A DNA stretch of 64,000 nt from Akkermansiaceae bacterium (GCA_031412525.1 JANODE010000171.1:15499-79498), one strand, 5' to 3'; positions 45,713 to 55,605 are shown, counted from the stretch's first letter. Numbers and translations: made by a program. Notes: generated from the letters alone by a model not told the origin.

Positions 45713-46054
45713 TCAGCGTGATTCTTCGTTCAACCAGCGCTCGTGGCCCCACAGCCCCCAGACAATTCCAGCGAGTCCCATCGTGAGCAGCAATGGTGGC
45801 AGCGCGATGGTCAGGCTGATGCCGACCGGTCCGATCATGTGCAGGACGCTGTCATCGATGAAATGCGGGGAAACCAGCAGATAGAAACGCGCAAGCAGCA
45901 GGGAAATCGCGCCGATCGCCATCATCGTGCCGCCCCAGGATTGATCGCGGCGGGCGAGCTTGATGGCGGCGAGCCCGATGAGGCCGAGGCCGATCACACC
46001 AGCGGCGTCCAGCAGGAGGCCGTTTTGCAAAATGATTTCAAGCAGCAGATTCAT
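45713..46054 (-). CDS. Small hypothetical membrane protein (3 TM)
   Basis: Three hydrophobic helices; start overlaps the stop of the upstream membrane ORF. Confidence 0.75.
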   Translation of the reverse strand: MNLLLEIILQNGLLLDAAGVIGLGLIGLAAIKLARRDQSWGGTMMAIGAISLLLARFYLLVSPHFIDDSVLHMIGPVGISLTIALPPLLLTMGLAGIVWGLWGHERWLNEESR

Positions 46055-46448
46055 TGGAAATCAGGGTGGGGGCAGTGATTGCGCGGCGGGGAGCAGGGAA
46101 ACTGAGCAGTTTCGCGTGGATTGCGACGCCTAGCCCAAAGATCAGCCAGCCGCAGTTCATGGCCACGAGCTTCACCGCATGCCAGGCAAGTGCGGTCGCT
46201 GCTGTGCCGTGGTAATGCATCCGTTGCGGTGCGTATCGTTCGATGACCCCAGCTTCGTAGAGTGGCAGGATGACCGCGTAACCGAACCCGAGGAGCAACG
46301 AACCCGCCACGATCAATCGCGATGCCCAACCGGTGGAAACCTTCGAGAGCCTCCACGCGATCACCATCAGGAAAATTCCCATAATGATCATGAAAACCGG
46401 GCGCACAGCCTCGATCGATGCGAGTGGCGACAGGGGGATAGGCATCAT
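46038..46448 (-). CDS. Small hypothetical membrane protein (3 TM)
   Basis: Three hydrophobic helices; translationally coupled to 45713-46054. Confidence 0.75.
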   Translation of the reverse strand: MMPIPLSPLASIEAVRPVFMIIMGIFLMVIAWRLSKVSTGWASRLIVAGSLLLGFGYAVILPLYEAGVIERYAPQRMHYHGTAATALAWHAVKLVAMNCGWLIFGLGVAIHAKLLSFPAPRRAITAPTLISNESAA

Positions 46449-46787
46449 CTGTTGATACTTACGTCATCTCATAAGTCGTTGAGCAATAATAATCAACGTA
46501 AGATGTGCTGGATGTGAACCCTTCCGGAAATCCCGGATATTTTGATAAACCGGGAGAGGTTGAAACTTTGGCCATCCGAAGATCATGCCGCTGTTTCCCC
46601 GCCGTTGTAGGTTTCTGTGTAGCCTGTTTTGCTCGAAATCGACATGGTGCCTCCGAGTTAGGAAGCTGCTTCCGGAGGAAATCCTTCAACGCCGCAGACT
46701 GAAAAATTTGCAGGAAATCAGAATTATCGCGCCGCTTTCGTTTCAACTCTTGCGAGTCCCGCCGCCGCCGCCTAAGCCCCTCCCGAC

Positions 46788-48266
46788 ATGAGTGACGCCG
46801 CCACATCGCCGCAACCGCAATCCACCGAAGCCGAACTGATCGCCGTCCGCCGGGAGAAACTGGCGAAATTGCGGGAACTCGGGATCGATCCGTTCGGCGC
46901 GCGCTTCGCGGTTTCGTCCACCCCAGCCGAGCTGTTCGCAAATTTCGAAGAAGGCAAACAAGTGAAGGTCGCCGGCCGCATCACCGCCCTGCGCGATATG
47001 GGAAAATCCTGTTTTTTCAGCCTGAGCGACGTTCACGGCGCGATCCAGGGCTACGTCTCGATCAAGAATTTGCCGGAAACCGAAGCCGCCGCCTGGAAGT
47101 GCCTCGACCGCGGTGACTGGATCGGCATCGAGGGGGAGACCTTCCTCACCCGCACCGGCGAGCCGACCGTGAAGCTGGAAACATTCACCGTGCTCTCCAA
47201 GTCGCTGCGCCCGATGCCCGACAAGTGGCATGGCGTGGCCGACCGCGAGATCAAATACCGCAAGCGCCACCTCGACCTGATGGGCAACCCCGACAGTGCG
47301 GCGATCTTCGTCAAGCGCGCGCTCATGATCGCCGAGATCCGCCGTTTCCTCCAGGACCGCGGATTTCTCGAAGTGGAAACCCCCATGCTCCACGACATCG
47401 CGGGTGGAGCGGCGGCGCGCCCGTTCGAGACCTATCACAACGCGCTCGGCATGCCGCTCACGCTGCGCATCGCGCCGGAGCTTTTCCTCAAGCGCCTGTT
47501 AGTCGGCGGCTTCACGAAGATTTTCGAACTCAACCGCAGCTTCCGCAACGAAGGCATCTCGCGCCGCCACAATCCGGAATTTACGATGTTAGAAGCGTAT
47601 TGGGCGTTTTCCGACTTCGAGGAAATGGCCGATCTGGTGGAAGAACTCACCTGCCATCTCGCAGAGAAATTCTGCGGTGGCCTGAAGATCGAGCACAAGG
47701 ACGAGGAGGGCAGTGTCACCCGCACCATCGACCTCGCGCGGCCGTGGAAGCGCGAGAGCTATCAGACGCTCATCGCCGCCGCCGCGGGTGATGATTTTTT
47801 CGAAATCGACGCTGCCGGCCGCCGCGCCCGCTGTGAAAAACTCGGCGTGCAGATTTCCGAAGGCATGGAGGACCACGAGGTCATCCAACAGGTTTTCGAA
47901 AAGCTGGTTGAAGAAAAGACCTTCGACCCTTGCTTCGTCACCCGTGTCTCCAGCGAACTCGTGCCACTCGCAAAAATCTCCCCCGGTGGCAAAACCGTCG
48001 AGGTTTACGAGCTCATCATCAACGGCCAGGAAATTTCTCCCGGTTACTCGGAGCTCAACGACCCGGATGTCCAGCGCCAACGGTTAGAAGATCAGTCCGG
48101 CGAGGAAACCCAGAAGGTTGACTACGATTTCATCGAAACCCTCGAACATGGCATGCCTCCCGCCGGTGGCATCGGCATCGGCCTGGACCGGCTTTGCATG
48201 ATGCTGACAGGCGCGCCAACCATCCGCGACGTGGTGCTTTTTCCGCTGCTGAAGCGGAAGGATTGA
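46788..48266 (+). CDS. lysS: Lysine--tRNA ligase (class II)
   Basis: AGRI...R.MGK..F, DRGDWIG.EG, LSKSLRPMPDKWHG, EVETPM, GGAAARPF.T, LRIAPELFLKRL.VGG, FRNEG...RHNPEFTMLE and GIGLDRL.M. Confidence 0.98.
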   Translation: MSDAATSPQPQSTEAELIAVRREKLAKLRELGIDPFGARFAVSSTPAELFANFEEGKQVKVAGRITALRDMGKSCFFSLSDVHGAIQGYVSIKNLPETEAAAWKCLDRGDWIGIEGETFLTRTGEPTVKLETFTVLSKSLRPMPDKWHGVADREIKYRKRHLDLMGNPDSAAIFVKRALMIAEIRRFLQDRGFLEVETPMLHDIAGGAAARPFETYHNALGMPLTLRIAPELFLKRLLVGGFTKIFELNRSFRNEGISRRHNPEFTMLEAYWAFSDFEEMADLVEELTCHLAEKFCGGLKIEHKDEEGSVTRTIDLARPWKRESYQTLIAAAAGDDFFEIDAAGRRARCEKLGVQISEGMEDHEVIQQVFEKLVEEKTFDPCFVTRVSSELVPLAKISPGGKTVEVYELIINGQEISPGYSELNDPDVQRQRLEDQSGEETQKVDYDFIETLEHGMPPAGGIGIGLDRLCMMLTGAPTIRDVVLFPLLKRKD

Positions 48267-48282
48267 TCGATGGCCGGGTGAT

Positions 48283-49215
48283 TCAATCCCGCCGCGTGAG
48301 TTCGACGAAGACATCTTCTAACGTCGCAACGTGGCGGAAGAGCGAGCGAAGCGGCCAGCCATTCTGCGCGGCGAGTTGGGCGATGCGTTCGCGGGAGTCG
48401 GTGCCGGAATCGACCCAAACGGTGTAGCGCGTCCAAGTTTCATCGAGTTTTTCCGGCGTGACTTTTTTCACCTGCGGGAGGCGGTTGAGTGCGGCGGCGG
48501 CGACTTCGGGGTCGGCGTTGATTTCCACCTGGATGCGACCCGCGGCGCGCATTTGGCCGACGAGATTGGCCGGGGTGTCGGCAGCCTTGATCTGGCCGCC
48601 GTCGATGATGATCACCCGGTTGCAGGTCATTTCCACTTCCGGGAGGATGTGGGTGGAAATGAGGACGGTGTGGGATTGTCCGAGCTGCCGGATAAGCTCG
48701 CGGATTTGGCGGATTTGGTTGGGATCGAGGCCGTTGGTGGGCTCGTCGAGGATGAGCAGCTCGGGATCGTGGACGAGGGCATCGGCAAGGCCGACGCGCT
48801 GGCGGTAGCCTTTGGAAAGCGTGCGGATCATTTTCCGGCGGACATTTCCAAGGCCGCAGGTGTCGATGACCTCGCCGACGCGGCGGCGGGTGTCGGTGCC
48901 GCTGAGGCCTTTGAGCTGAGCGCGGAACTTCAAGTATTCACGGACGCGCATGTCGTCATAAAGCGGGACGTTTTCCGGCATGTAGCCGATTTTGCGACGG
49001 GCTTCGATCGACTGCCGGAAGATATCGAACCCGGCGATGCTGGCGCTCCCGGCGGTGGGCGGAAGGTAGCCGGTGAGCATGCGCAGGGTGGTGGTTTTAC
49101 CAGCGCCGTTGGGCCCGAGAAATCCGACGATCTCGCCCCGCGCCACAGAGAATGAAATGCCACGGACAGCTTCGTGGCGGGCGTAGCGCTTGGTGAGTTG
49201 ATTGACTTCGATCAT
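48283..49215 (-). CDS. ABC transporter ATP-binding protein (GldA/ABC-2 type)
   Basis: GPNGAGKTT, LSKGYRQRVGLA, LILDEPTNGLDP and ISTH. Start at the ATG at 49215. Confidence 0.93.
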   Translation of the reverse strand: MIEVNQLTKRYARHEAVRGISFSVARGEIVGFLGPNGAGKTTTLRMLTGYLPPTAGSASIAGFDIFRQSIEARRKIGYMPENVPLYDDMRVREYLKFRAQLKGLSGTDTRRRVGEVIDTCGLGNVRRKMIRTLSKGYRQRVGLADALVHDPELLILDEPTNGLDPNQIRQIRELIRQLGQSHTVLISTHILPEVEMTCNRVIIIDGGQIKAADTPANLVGQMRAAGRIQVEINADPEVAAAALNRLPQVKKVTPEKLDETWTRYTVWVDSGTDSRERIAQLAAQNGWPLRSLFRHVATLEDVFVELTRRD

Positions 49216-49354
49216 GATTCTCCAGCCTCGCGGCGATGAATGAAATTCCCGCTTGTGCGGTTGACGCGGCGGGGTGCGCCCTTTAATGAATCGCCGTGCG
49301 TGGCGGGCCAAGCGGGAAATTCGCGGGCTCGCTTCATAATTTCACCCATTTCAC

Positions 49355-52129
49355 ATGAACTCCTCGGTTTCGGTGCGACAGAACGCAGATTTGCTGGAAG
49401 CTAAATACACGCAATGGTGCGAAAACCCGGAGTCCGTGGAACCGACATGGGCGGCATTTTTCGAAGGCTTTGAACTGGGATCAGCCCAGCTGAAACGCAA
49501 GGAGGAAGCGGCAGCAACGGCACCTGTTTCCACCGGCGGCTCTGCGGACAGCGACACGGCATTCTACGGCAGGGTGACCAGCCTGATTTACAACTACCGC
49601 ACGTTGGGCCACACGCAGGCTCACATCAACCCGCTGGAGCCGAATCCGGAGCGCAACCCGCGGCTCAAGATCGAGCAATTCGGCCTCAAACAATCGGACC
49701 TGGATCGCGACGTTTACAATTCGTTTTTCCGCCACGGCGACAAGATGAAGCTGCGCGACATGGTGGCCGGACTGGAAGCGACCTACTCGGGGAAAATCGG
49801 TTTCGAGTTCATGCACATCAACAACACGACCGTCCGCCACTGGGTGCGCGAGCGGATCGAAATGCATGCGCTGCGCATGGAGGAAACTCCGGCGAAGAAG
49901 CTGAACTCGCTCTGCTGGGTGCTGGAGGCGGAGGCGTTTGAAAACTTCCTCGGCAAGCGCTTCCTCGGTGAAAAACGTTTCTCTAACGAAGGCGGCGAGG
50001 GCGCGATGATCATCCTCAACGCGATCCTCGAAGCCTGCCCGTCGCACGGCGTGAAGGAGATCGAAATGGGCATGTCCCACCGCGGGCGTTTGAACATCCT
50101 CGCGAACTTTGTTAGGAAATCGCTCACCACGCTGCTCTATGAATTCACGCCGAACTACGAGCCGGACCTCGTCGCCGGTGATGGCGATGTGAAATATCAC
50201 CTCGGCTACGAAAGCATCCGTGAGCTAACGGATGGAAAAGTCCGTGTCAGCCTTGCCGCGAATCCGAGCCATTTGGAAGCCGTCAATTCCATCGTCGAAG
50301 GCAAGGCCCGCGCCCGCCAGCGCGTGCTCAACGAAGCCACCGGCGGGGAAATCGACCGCGGTCTCGTGCTGCCGATTTTGCTTCATGGAGACGCCGCGTT
50401 CGCCGGTCAGGGCTCGGTTGCCGAAGTGCTCAATCTCTCCCAGCTCAAAGGCTACCGCACCGGCGGCACGATCCATCTCATCATTAATAACCAGATCGGT
50501 TTCACCACTTCACCCGCCGATGCGCGCTCGTCCGACTACGCGACCGACGTGGCGAAAATGGTCGAAGCGCCGATCCTTCACGTGAATGGTGAAGAGCCGA
50601 TGGAACTCTATTGGGCGTCCATTTTCGCCCTCGAATTCCGTCAGCGGTTCGGCCGGGACATCGTGCTCGACATGTATTGTTATCGCCGCCAAGGCCACAA
50701 CGAGGCGGATCAGGCGGCTTTCACCCAGCCGATTATTGCTAGAAAAATCGCCGAGCGCGAGACCTTCGGGAAAACCTACAAACGCCAGCTCATCGTTGAC
50801 GGCATCATTTCCCAAGCCGATGCCGATGCGCTCGACCAGGCGATCTGGGACAAGCTCGAGCAGGGCTATCAGAAAATGCTCCAGCTTCAGGAAGCCGGCG
50901 ACCGCACTGCTTTCAGCGGGTCAACCGGTGTCGTCCAGCCGCCGTATTCCCACGCACCGGTTCCGACAGGGATCAGTACCGCCACGCTTCAGAAAATCGG
51001 CGCTGTCCTAACGACCGTGCCCGAAGGTTTCCATCTCAATCCGACGCTGGAGAAACGCTTCGTCCCGCGCCGGGTGGAAGCGCTTGCGAACGGTGGCCCG
51101 ATCGATTGGGCGTTCGCCGAGTCGCTTGCGTTCGGATCGCTTCTGTTGGAAGGCACACCCGTTCGTCTATCAGGCCAGGACTGCCGCCGCGGCACCTTCT
51201 CGCAGCGCCATGCTGTTTTCTACGACTTCGAAAACCGCGAGCGTTACATCCCGCTGGAGCACCTCGATCCGAATCAGGCGAAGTTCTGCGTGCACAACTC
51301 GTTCCTCTCGGAGTTCGCGGTGTTAGGGTTCGACTACGGTTACTCGCTATCCTATCGGAGCATGCTCACGCTGTGGGAAGCGCAGTTCGGCGATTTCTCT
51401 AACGGCGCTCAGGTCATTATCGACCAGTTCATCTCCTCCGCGGAATCCAAGTGGCAGACGCCGAGCGATCTCGTCATGCTGCTGCCGCACGGCTACGAAG
51501 GCATGGGCCCCGAGCACTCCAGCGCCCGCCTCGAGCGTTTCCTCCAGCTCTGCGCGGAAAAGAACATGATCGTCGGAAATTTCTCCACGCCGGCGCAGTA
51601 TTTCCACGCGTTGCGCCGCCAGAAGCATCGTGATTTCAGCAAGCCGCTCATCATCATGACGCCCAAGAGCCTGCTCGGCCGTCCGGAAGCTGTCTCGAAT
51701 GACTACGATTTCCTCGAAGGCACCTGCTTTCAGGAAATCCTGCCGGACACCAAGATTTTCAACAACCCCGCCGACGTTGAGCGCATCATCTTCTGCAGCG
51801 GCAAGGTTTACTACGACCTCATGGCGCACCGTCAGGAAAAAGGGATCGAAAACGCCGCCATCATCCGCATCGAGCAGCTCTATCCGTTTCACCGCGAGAT
51901 GGTCGGTGCCATCATCAGCCAGTATCACAACGCCTCTCACTTCGTCTGGTGTCAGGAGGAGCCGCTCAACATGGGGGCCTGGTCCTACATCTTCCCACGC
52001 CTCGAGCGCGCTGTCGGATCGAAAATCCGCTACGCCGGCCGCGGCACTGCTTCCAGCCCTGCTGCCGGATCGAAGGCGATGCACTACCGCGAACAGAAGG
52101 CCCTCCTCACGCAGGCTTTTGAAATCTGA
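49355..52129 (+). CDS. sucA: 2-oxoglutarate dehydrogenase E1
   Basis: KRFSNEGGE, GMSHRGRLN, GDVKYHLG, NPSHLE, HGDAAFAGQG, RLSGQD..RGTFSQRH, WEAQFGDF and LPHGYEG.GPEHSSARLERFLQL. Confidence 0.98.
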   Translation: MNSSVSVRQNADLLEAKYTQWCENPESVEPTWAAFFEGFELGSAQLKRKEEAAATAPVSTGGSADSDTAFYGRVTSLIYNYRTLGHTQAHINPLEPNPERNPRLKIEQFGLKQSDLDRDVYNSFFRHGDKMKLRDMVAGLEATYSGKIGFEFMHINNTTVRHWVRERIEMHALRMEETPAKKLNSLCWVLEAEAFENFLGKRFLGEKRFSNEGGEGAMIILNAILEACPSHGVKEIEMGMSHRGRLNILANFVRKSLTTLLYEFTPNYEPDLVAGDGDVKYHLGYESIRELTDGKVRVSLAANPSHLEAVNSIVEGKARARQRVLNEATGGEIDRGLVLPILLHGDAAFAGQGSVAEVLNLSQLKGYRTGGTIHLIINNQIGFTTSPADARSSDYATDVAKMVEAPILHVNGEEPMELYWASIFALEFRQRFGRDIVLDMYCYRRQGHNEADQAAFTQPIIARKIAERETFGKTYKRQLIVDGIISQADADALDQAIWDKLEQGYQKMLQLQEAGDRTAFSGSTGVVQPPYSHAPVPTGISTATLQKIGAVLTTVPEGFHLNPTLEKRFVPRRVEALANGGPIDWAFAESLAFGSLLLEGTPVRLSGQDCRRGTFSQRHAVFYDFENRERYIPLEHLDPNQAKFCVHNSFLSEFAVLGFDYGYSLSYRSMLTLWEAQFGDFSNGAQVIIDQFISSAESKWQTPSDLVMLLPHGYEGMGPEHSSARLERFLQLCAEKNMIVGNFSTPAQYFHALRRQKHRDFSKPLIIMTPKSLLGRPEAVSNDYDFLEGTCFQEILPDTKIFNNPADVERIIFCSGKVYYDLMAHRQEKGIENAAIIRIEQLYPFHREMVGAIISQYHNASHFVWCQEEPLNMGAWSYIFPRLERAVGSKIRYAGRGTASSPAAGSKAMHYREQKALLTQAFEI

Positions 52130-52165
52130 TTTATTCTAACATTTTCTACCAACTCTCCATCCTCC

Positions 52166-53587
52166 ATGTCACTCGACGTCAAAGTTCCCGCCTCCGGTGA
52201 ATCCATCACCTCCGCCAATGTCGCCCGCTGGCACAAAAAAAGCGGTGATTCCGTCGCAAAGGGCGAAATCCTCGTGACCCTCGAAACCGACAAGGTTTCC
52301 AATGAACTTGAGGCTGCGACTGATGGCATCCTGGAAATCATCATCGGTGAGGGCGAGGAGGTCGCCATTGGCACCGTCATCGCCCGCATCACCGGTGAGA
52401 TCGCCGCTGCGGCCGCCGCCTCTCCGGTGGTCCAGACTCCTGTGGCCACTCCGACACCAGTTGCTGGCGGATTGGTTGAGCTCAAGGTTCCCGCTTCCGG
52501 CGAATCCATCACTTCCGCCAACGTCGCGAAGTGGCGCAAGAACACGGGTGAAATGGTCGTGCAGGGTGAGGTCCTGGTGACTCTTGAGACTGACAAGGTT
52601 TCCAACGAACTGGAGGCGCCCGCTTCTGGACGCCTGAAAGTCATCACTCCAGAAGGCGATGAGGTCGCCATCGGTGCGATCATCGCCACCATCGATTCCA
52701 GCGCCACCGCTGGCGCCGCTGCGCCGGCACCTGCCGCACCGGAACCCGGTCCGTTTACCACCACGGCTCCCGTCGCCACGCCTGCACCTGTCGCTCAGCC
52801 GGCACCCACGCCTGCAGCGCCTGCGAAACCGGATTTTTCCGCTCCCACCGCGCCGGTCGAGCGGGTTTCCACGGAAGTTGTTAGCGACGGCCGCACCACG
52901 CGGAAAAAGATGAGCATGCTGCGTCGCAAGATCGCGACGCACCTCGTCAACGCCCAGCAGACCGCCGCCATCCTAACGACCTTCAACGAGGTGGACATGT
53001 CCGCCGTCATGGATCTCCGCAAGGCTGTCCAGGATGAGTTCATGAAAAAGCACGGCGTGAAACTCGGCTTCATGTCGTTTTTCATCAAGGCCGTCACCCA
53101 GGCCCTCAAGGATGTGCCTTCCATCAACGGCCGCATTGATGGCACGGACGTCATTGAAAACCACTTCTACGACATCGGCGTCGCCATCGGCAGCGAAAAG
53201 GGCCTCGTCGTTCCGGTCCTGCGCGATCCCGATCAGAAATCCTTCGCGCAGATCGAAAAAGACATCCTCGACTACGCGAAAAAAGCCAACGCTGGCAAAA
53301 TCACCATCGAGGATCTAACTGGAGGTGTCTTCACGATCTCTAACGGTGGCACCTATGGCTCGCTGCTCAGCACGCCGATCCTCAATCCGCCCCAAAGCGG
53401 TATCCTTGGCATGCACACCATCCAGCAGCGCCCGGTCGCCCTGAACGGCCAGGTCGTCATCCGCCCGATGATGTATCTCGCCCTCAGCTACGACCACCGC
53501 CTCGTCGATGGCAAGGAAGCCGTCACTTTCCTCATCCGCATCAAGGACTGCCTTGAATCCCCGGCGCGCCTTCTGTTGGAAATGTGA
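52166..53587 (+). CDS. sucB: Dihydrolipoamide succinyltransferase E2 with two lipoyl domains
   Basis: Two copies of [14 protein letters not shown]...LETDKVSNE; [31 protein letters not shown] and [11 protein letters not shown]. Confidence 0.97.
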   Translation: MSLDVKVPASGESITSANVARWHKKSGDSVAKGEILVTLETDKVSNELEAATDGILEIIIGEGEEVAIGTVIARITGEIAAAAAASPVVQTPVATPTPVAGGLVELKVPASGESITSANVAKWRKNTGEMVVQGEVLVTLETDKVSNELEAPASGRLKVITPEGDEVAIGAIIATIDSSATAGAAAPAPAAPEPGPFTTTAPVATPAPVAQPAPTPAAPAKPDFSAPTAPVERVSTEVVSDGRTTRKKMSMLRRKIATHLVNAQQTAAILTTFNEVDMSAVMDLRKAVQDEFMKKHGVKLGFMSFFIKAVTQALKDVPSINGRIDGTDVIENHFYDIGVAIGSEKGLVVPVLRDPDQKSFAQIEKDILDYAKKANAGKITIEDLTGGVFTISNGGTYGSLLSTPILNPPQSGILGMHTIQQRPVALNGQVVIRPMMYLALSYDHRLVDGKEAVTFLIRIKDCLESPARLLLEM

Positions 53588-53591
53588 TAGG

Positions 53592-53663
53592 TGACATAGA
53601 CAATTGCTGTCTGTTCTTTCACAAGCCACAGGATCTGAAGAACAGGCAGGAATGCCTGTATCA
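53592..53663. repeat. Inverted REP-like doublet between the convergent sucB and doxX-like genes
   Basis: Degenerate copy 53592-53618 (TGACATAGACAATTGCTGTCTGTTCTT) plus inverted copy 53637-53663, the reverse complement of TGATACAGGCATTCCTGCCTGTTCTTC. Confidence 0.7.
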
Positions 53664-54035
53664 TGCCTTCCTCTTCACACAGCTCACATAAACCCAGGCG
53701 ATCAGCACCGCCTGCAGGGGCAATCTAACCCACAGGATCCACTCCGGGATGTTCTTCCCGTTGAGCGGCACCGCATTTGTCAGCATGTGCACGTTTGCCG
53801 GGAAAATCGCAACTAACAGCGCGATCAGTCCCCATCCTGCCAGCCGCCGCCAGTTAGGGAAACAGATGCCGATGCCTCCCGCCATTTCCGCCACGCCGCT
53901 GGCGTAAACGAGCGCCAGGTGCCACGGCAGATAGTCCGGCATCATCGGCAGATAGGTTGCGGGAGAAATGAAATGATTCGCCCCCGCCACCGTGAAGAAG
54001 ACTGCTAGAATGCCGATGGAGATTTTTTGAAACAT
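53661..54035 (-). CDS. DoxX-like membrane protein
   Basis: AGANHF..P..Y..M.P..LP....LVYASGVAE..GG; LLVAIFPANVHM; RLPLQ. Confidence 0.88.
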   Translation of the reverse strand: MFQKISIGILAVFFTVAGANHFISPATYLPMMPDYLPWHLALVYASGVAEMAGGIGICFPNWRRLAGWGLIALLVAIFPANVHMLTNAVPLNGKNIPEWILWVRLPLQAVLIAWVYVSCVKRKA

Positions 54036-54127
54036 GCAGGTTCATTCTCACCCGGATTCCGAAAATCGCAAAACGGGGTTCATTGGCGTGAGGTCGAAGT
54101 CCCGTGAGCGCTCTAACTTCGGCACCT

Positions 54128-54517
54128 TTATGATTGCTGGATTGTTGATTGTCTTGGGAAATAGCGAACACCCGGAAGGCCTTTGAAATGTTCGTCCTGC
54201 GTCCAGAGCGTCGCTTCGTGACGCATCGCTGTCGCGTAAATGATGCTGTCTGCCAGCGGCAGCGGATGACGCGCGGCCTCCAACGCCAGCGCGCAGTCCA
54301 AGTCGATGAGTTGGCCGCTCTGCATCGTGCTGGTGGCTTGGAGCGCGTCATCCTCGCCGCGCTCTCGAAGGACCTTCTTGAAGACCTCGTAAATGGAAAT
54401 GACCGGCACGAAAAGGTTCTCCGCATCCTCTATGGCGGATGCGAACAATGGAGCGCGGTCGCTGTCCGTGAAATATTCCAGCCAGCCTGACGAATCGACG
54501 ACGTTGGCGGCGCTCAC
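54128..54517 (-). CDS. vapC: VapC PIN toxin
   Basis: NVVDSSGWLEYF, ISIYEVFK, LPLADSIIYATA and LWTQDEHF. Confidence 0.92.
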   Translation of the reverse strand: MSAANVVDSSGWLEYFTDSDRAPLFASAIEDAENLFVPVISIYEVFKKVLRERGEDDALQATSTMQSGQLIDLDCALALEAARHPLPLADSIIYATAMRHEATLWTQDEHFKGLPGVRYFPRQSTIQQS

Positions 54518-54720
54518 AGACGGTCATCCTCCCGTTCGATGGTTGTGTCCATGCCGCGGAGGAAGCCACGCATCTGCTGAATCGGCCGGATGGGAATGAA
54601 CTCTACTCTGCCGGCGTAGCGCAAAACCCGGAGCTTCTCGCCTGCCGTGAGATGCAGAGCGTCGCGAATGGCCTGAGGAATGACGACCTGAAATTTAGGT
54701 GAAAGTGTGACGGTGTCCAT
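54514..54720 (-). CDS. AbrB/MazE/SpoVT-family antitoxin
   Basis: MDTVTLSPKFQVVIPQAIRDALHL.AGE; 4-nt overlap with the PIN gene. Start at the ATG at 54720. Confidence 0.9.
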   Translation of the reverse strand: MDTVTLSPKFQVVIPQAIRDALHLTAGEKLRVLRYAGRVEFIPIRPIQQMRGFLRGMDTTIEREDDRL

Positions 54721-54732
54721 ATCGATAAAGGT

Positions 54733-54761
54733 ATCGTAATACACTTGTCGTATCGATGCAA
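54733..54761 (-). promoter_or_regulatory. Sigma-70-type promoter of the abrB-vapC pair
   Basis: Minus strand reads TTGCAT-17nt-TACGAT, ending 12 nt before the ATG. Confidence 0.6.
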
Positions 54762-54901
54762 GTGGGCAAAGCGGCCTGTCGATCCCAGTCCCAGCGACTG
54801 CGGAGGTCCGTGTCGCCTGGAGCAGCTTGCCGTATTCTCAATGGAAATCATGCGACGCCACCGCGTGATCGCCGGATGCGGCAAGTCAACGCATGCTCCA
54901 T

Positions 54902-55303
54902 TCACCAGATTGCCTTCACCGGTGAGTCGGCATCGTGGAAGCGCCGGTCTTTGGTTAGAACCGGCACTCCGTGATTCAGGCCGGTGGCCGCGATGATGCG
55001 GTCTGCTGGATCGCGGTGTTGCCAGTTCAGTCCGGCGGCCTCCAGCCAGATGTCGGGTGTGGTATCAAGCAGCCGCATCCACGGAATCTGGGCGATCTCG
55101 GGCAGCCAGCTCCGCACGGGGACCTGCAATGCCAGTTTTCCACGCAATCTCTTGTCCTCCAGTTCCCACAAACTGACGCCGCAGACCAATGCCTCACCCG
55201 TGCCGCTTTCCCAATCCTCGAAGCATCGGACGATCCTGGACGATAGAGAAGCGGGTGAGTTCAACCACCAGACGAGCACATGGGTATCGATGACAGCGAT
55301 CAC
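54902..55303 (-). CDS. vapC: VapC PIN toxin
   Basis: VIDTHVLVWW, SLWEL and HRDPADRIIAAT....LTKDRRF. Confidence 0.92.
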   Translation of the reverse strand: MIAVIDTHVLVWWLNSPASLSSRIVRCFEDWESGTGEALVCGVSLWELEDKRLRGKLALQVPVRSWLPEIAQIPWMRLLDTTPDIWLEAAGLNWQHRDPADRIIAATGLNHGVPVLTKDRRFHDADSPVKAIW

Positions 55304-55569
55304 TTCCCATCCTCCAGCCAGATTTCCTCTTGGTCCGTGCTCCAGTCCTCGATCGGAGCCATGAGCTCCTGTTCATCTGGCAACACGGACAATCGGGCCT
55401 TTTCCCGGAGGCGTGAAATCACTTCGCGAACATCGGTCTTTGGTTTCAATGCTTTGATTTCCAATACTTCTCGGCCGCGATCCGTGACGATCAACGTTTC
55501 TCCCGTTTCTTCCACTTTACGGAAATACTCGAGCATCTGGCCCTTCAATTTTCCCTTGGAAACGATCAT
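55300..55569 (-). CDS. Phd/YefM-family antitoxin
   Basis: MIVSKGKLKGQMLEYFRKVEETGETLIVTDRGREV; overlaps the PIN start. Confidence 0.88.
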   Translation of the reverse strand: MIVSKGKLKGQMLEYFRKVEETGETLIVTDRGREVLEIKALKPKTDVREVISRLREKARLSVLPDEQELMAPIEDWSTDQEEIWLEDGK

Positions 55570-55583
55570 TGGTTGATTCAATA

Positions 55584-55605
55584 ACTATGGTCACGACTGT
55601 GGTCA
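55584..55605 (-). promoter_or_regulatory. Direct-repeat operator/promoter of the phd-vapC pair
   Basis: Minus strand reads TGACCACAGT-CG-TGACCATAGT. The first repeat contains the dnaE2 stop codon and lies within a TTGACC -35-like hexamer. Confidence 0.55.

Noticed and set aside
46500-46787. Riboswitch or ncRNA upstream of lysS (also 25044-25300)
   Set aside because: Only weak hairpins; I could not match lysine, T-box or c-di-GMP consensus elements.
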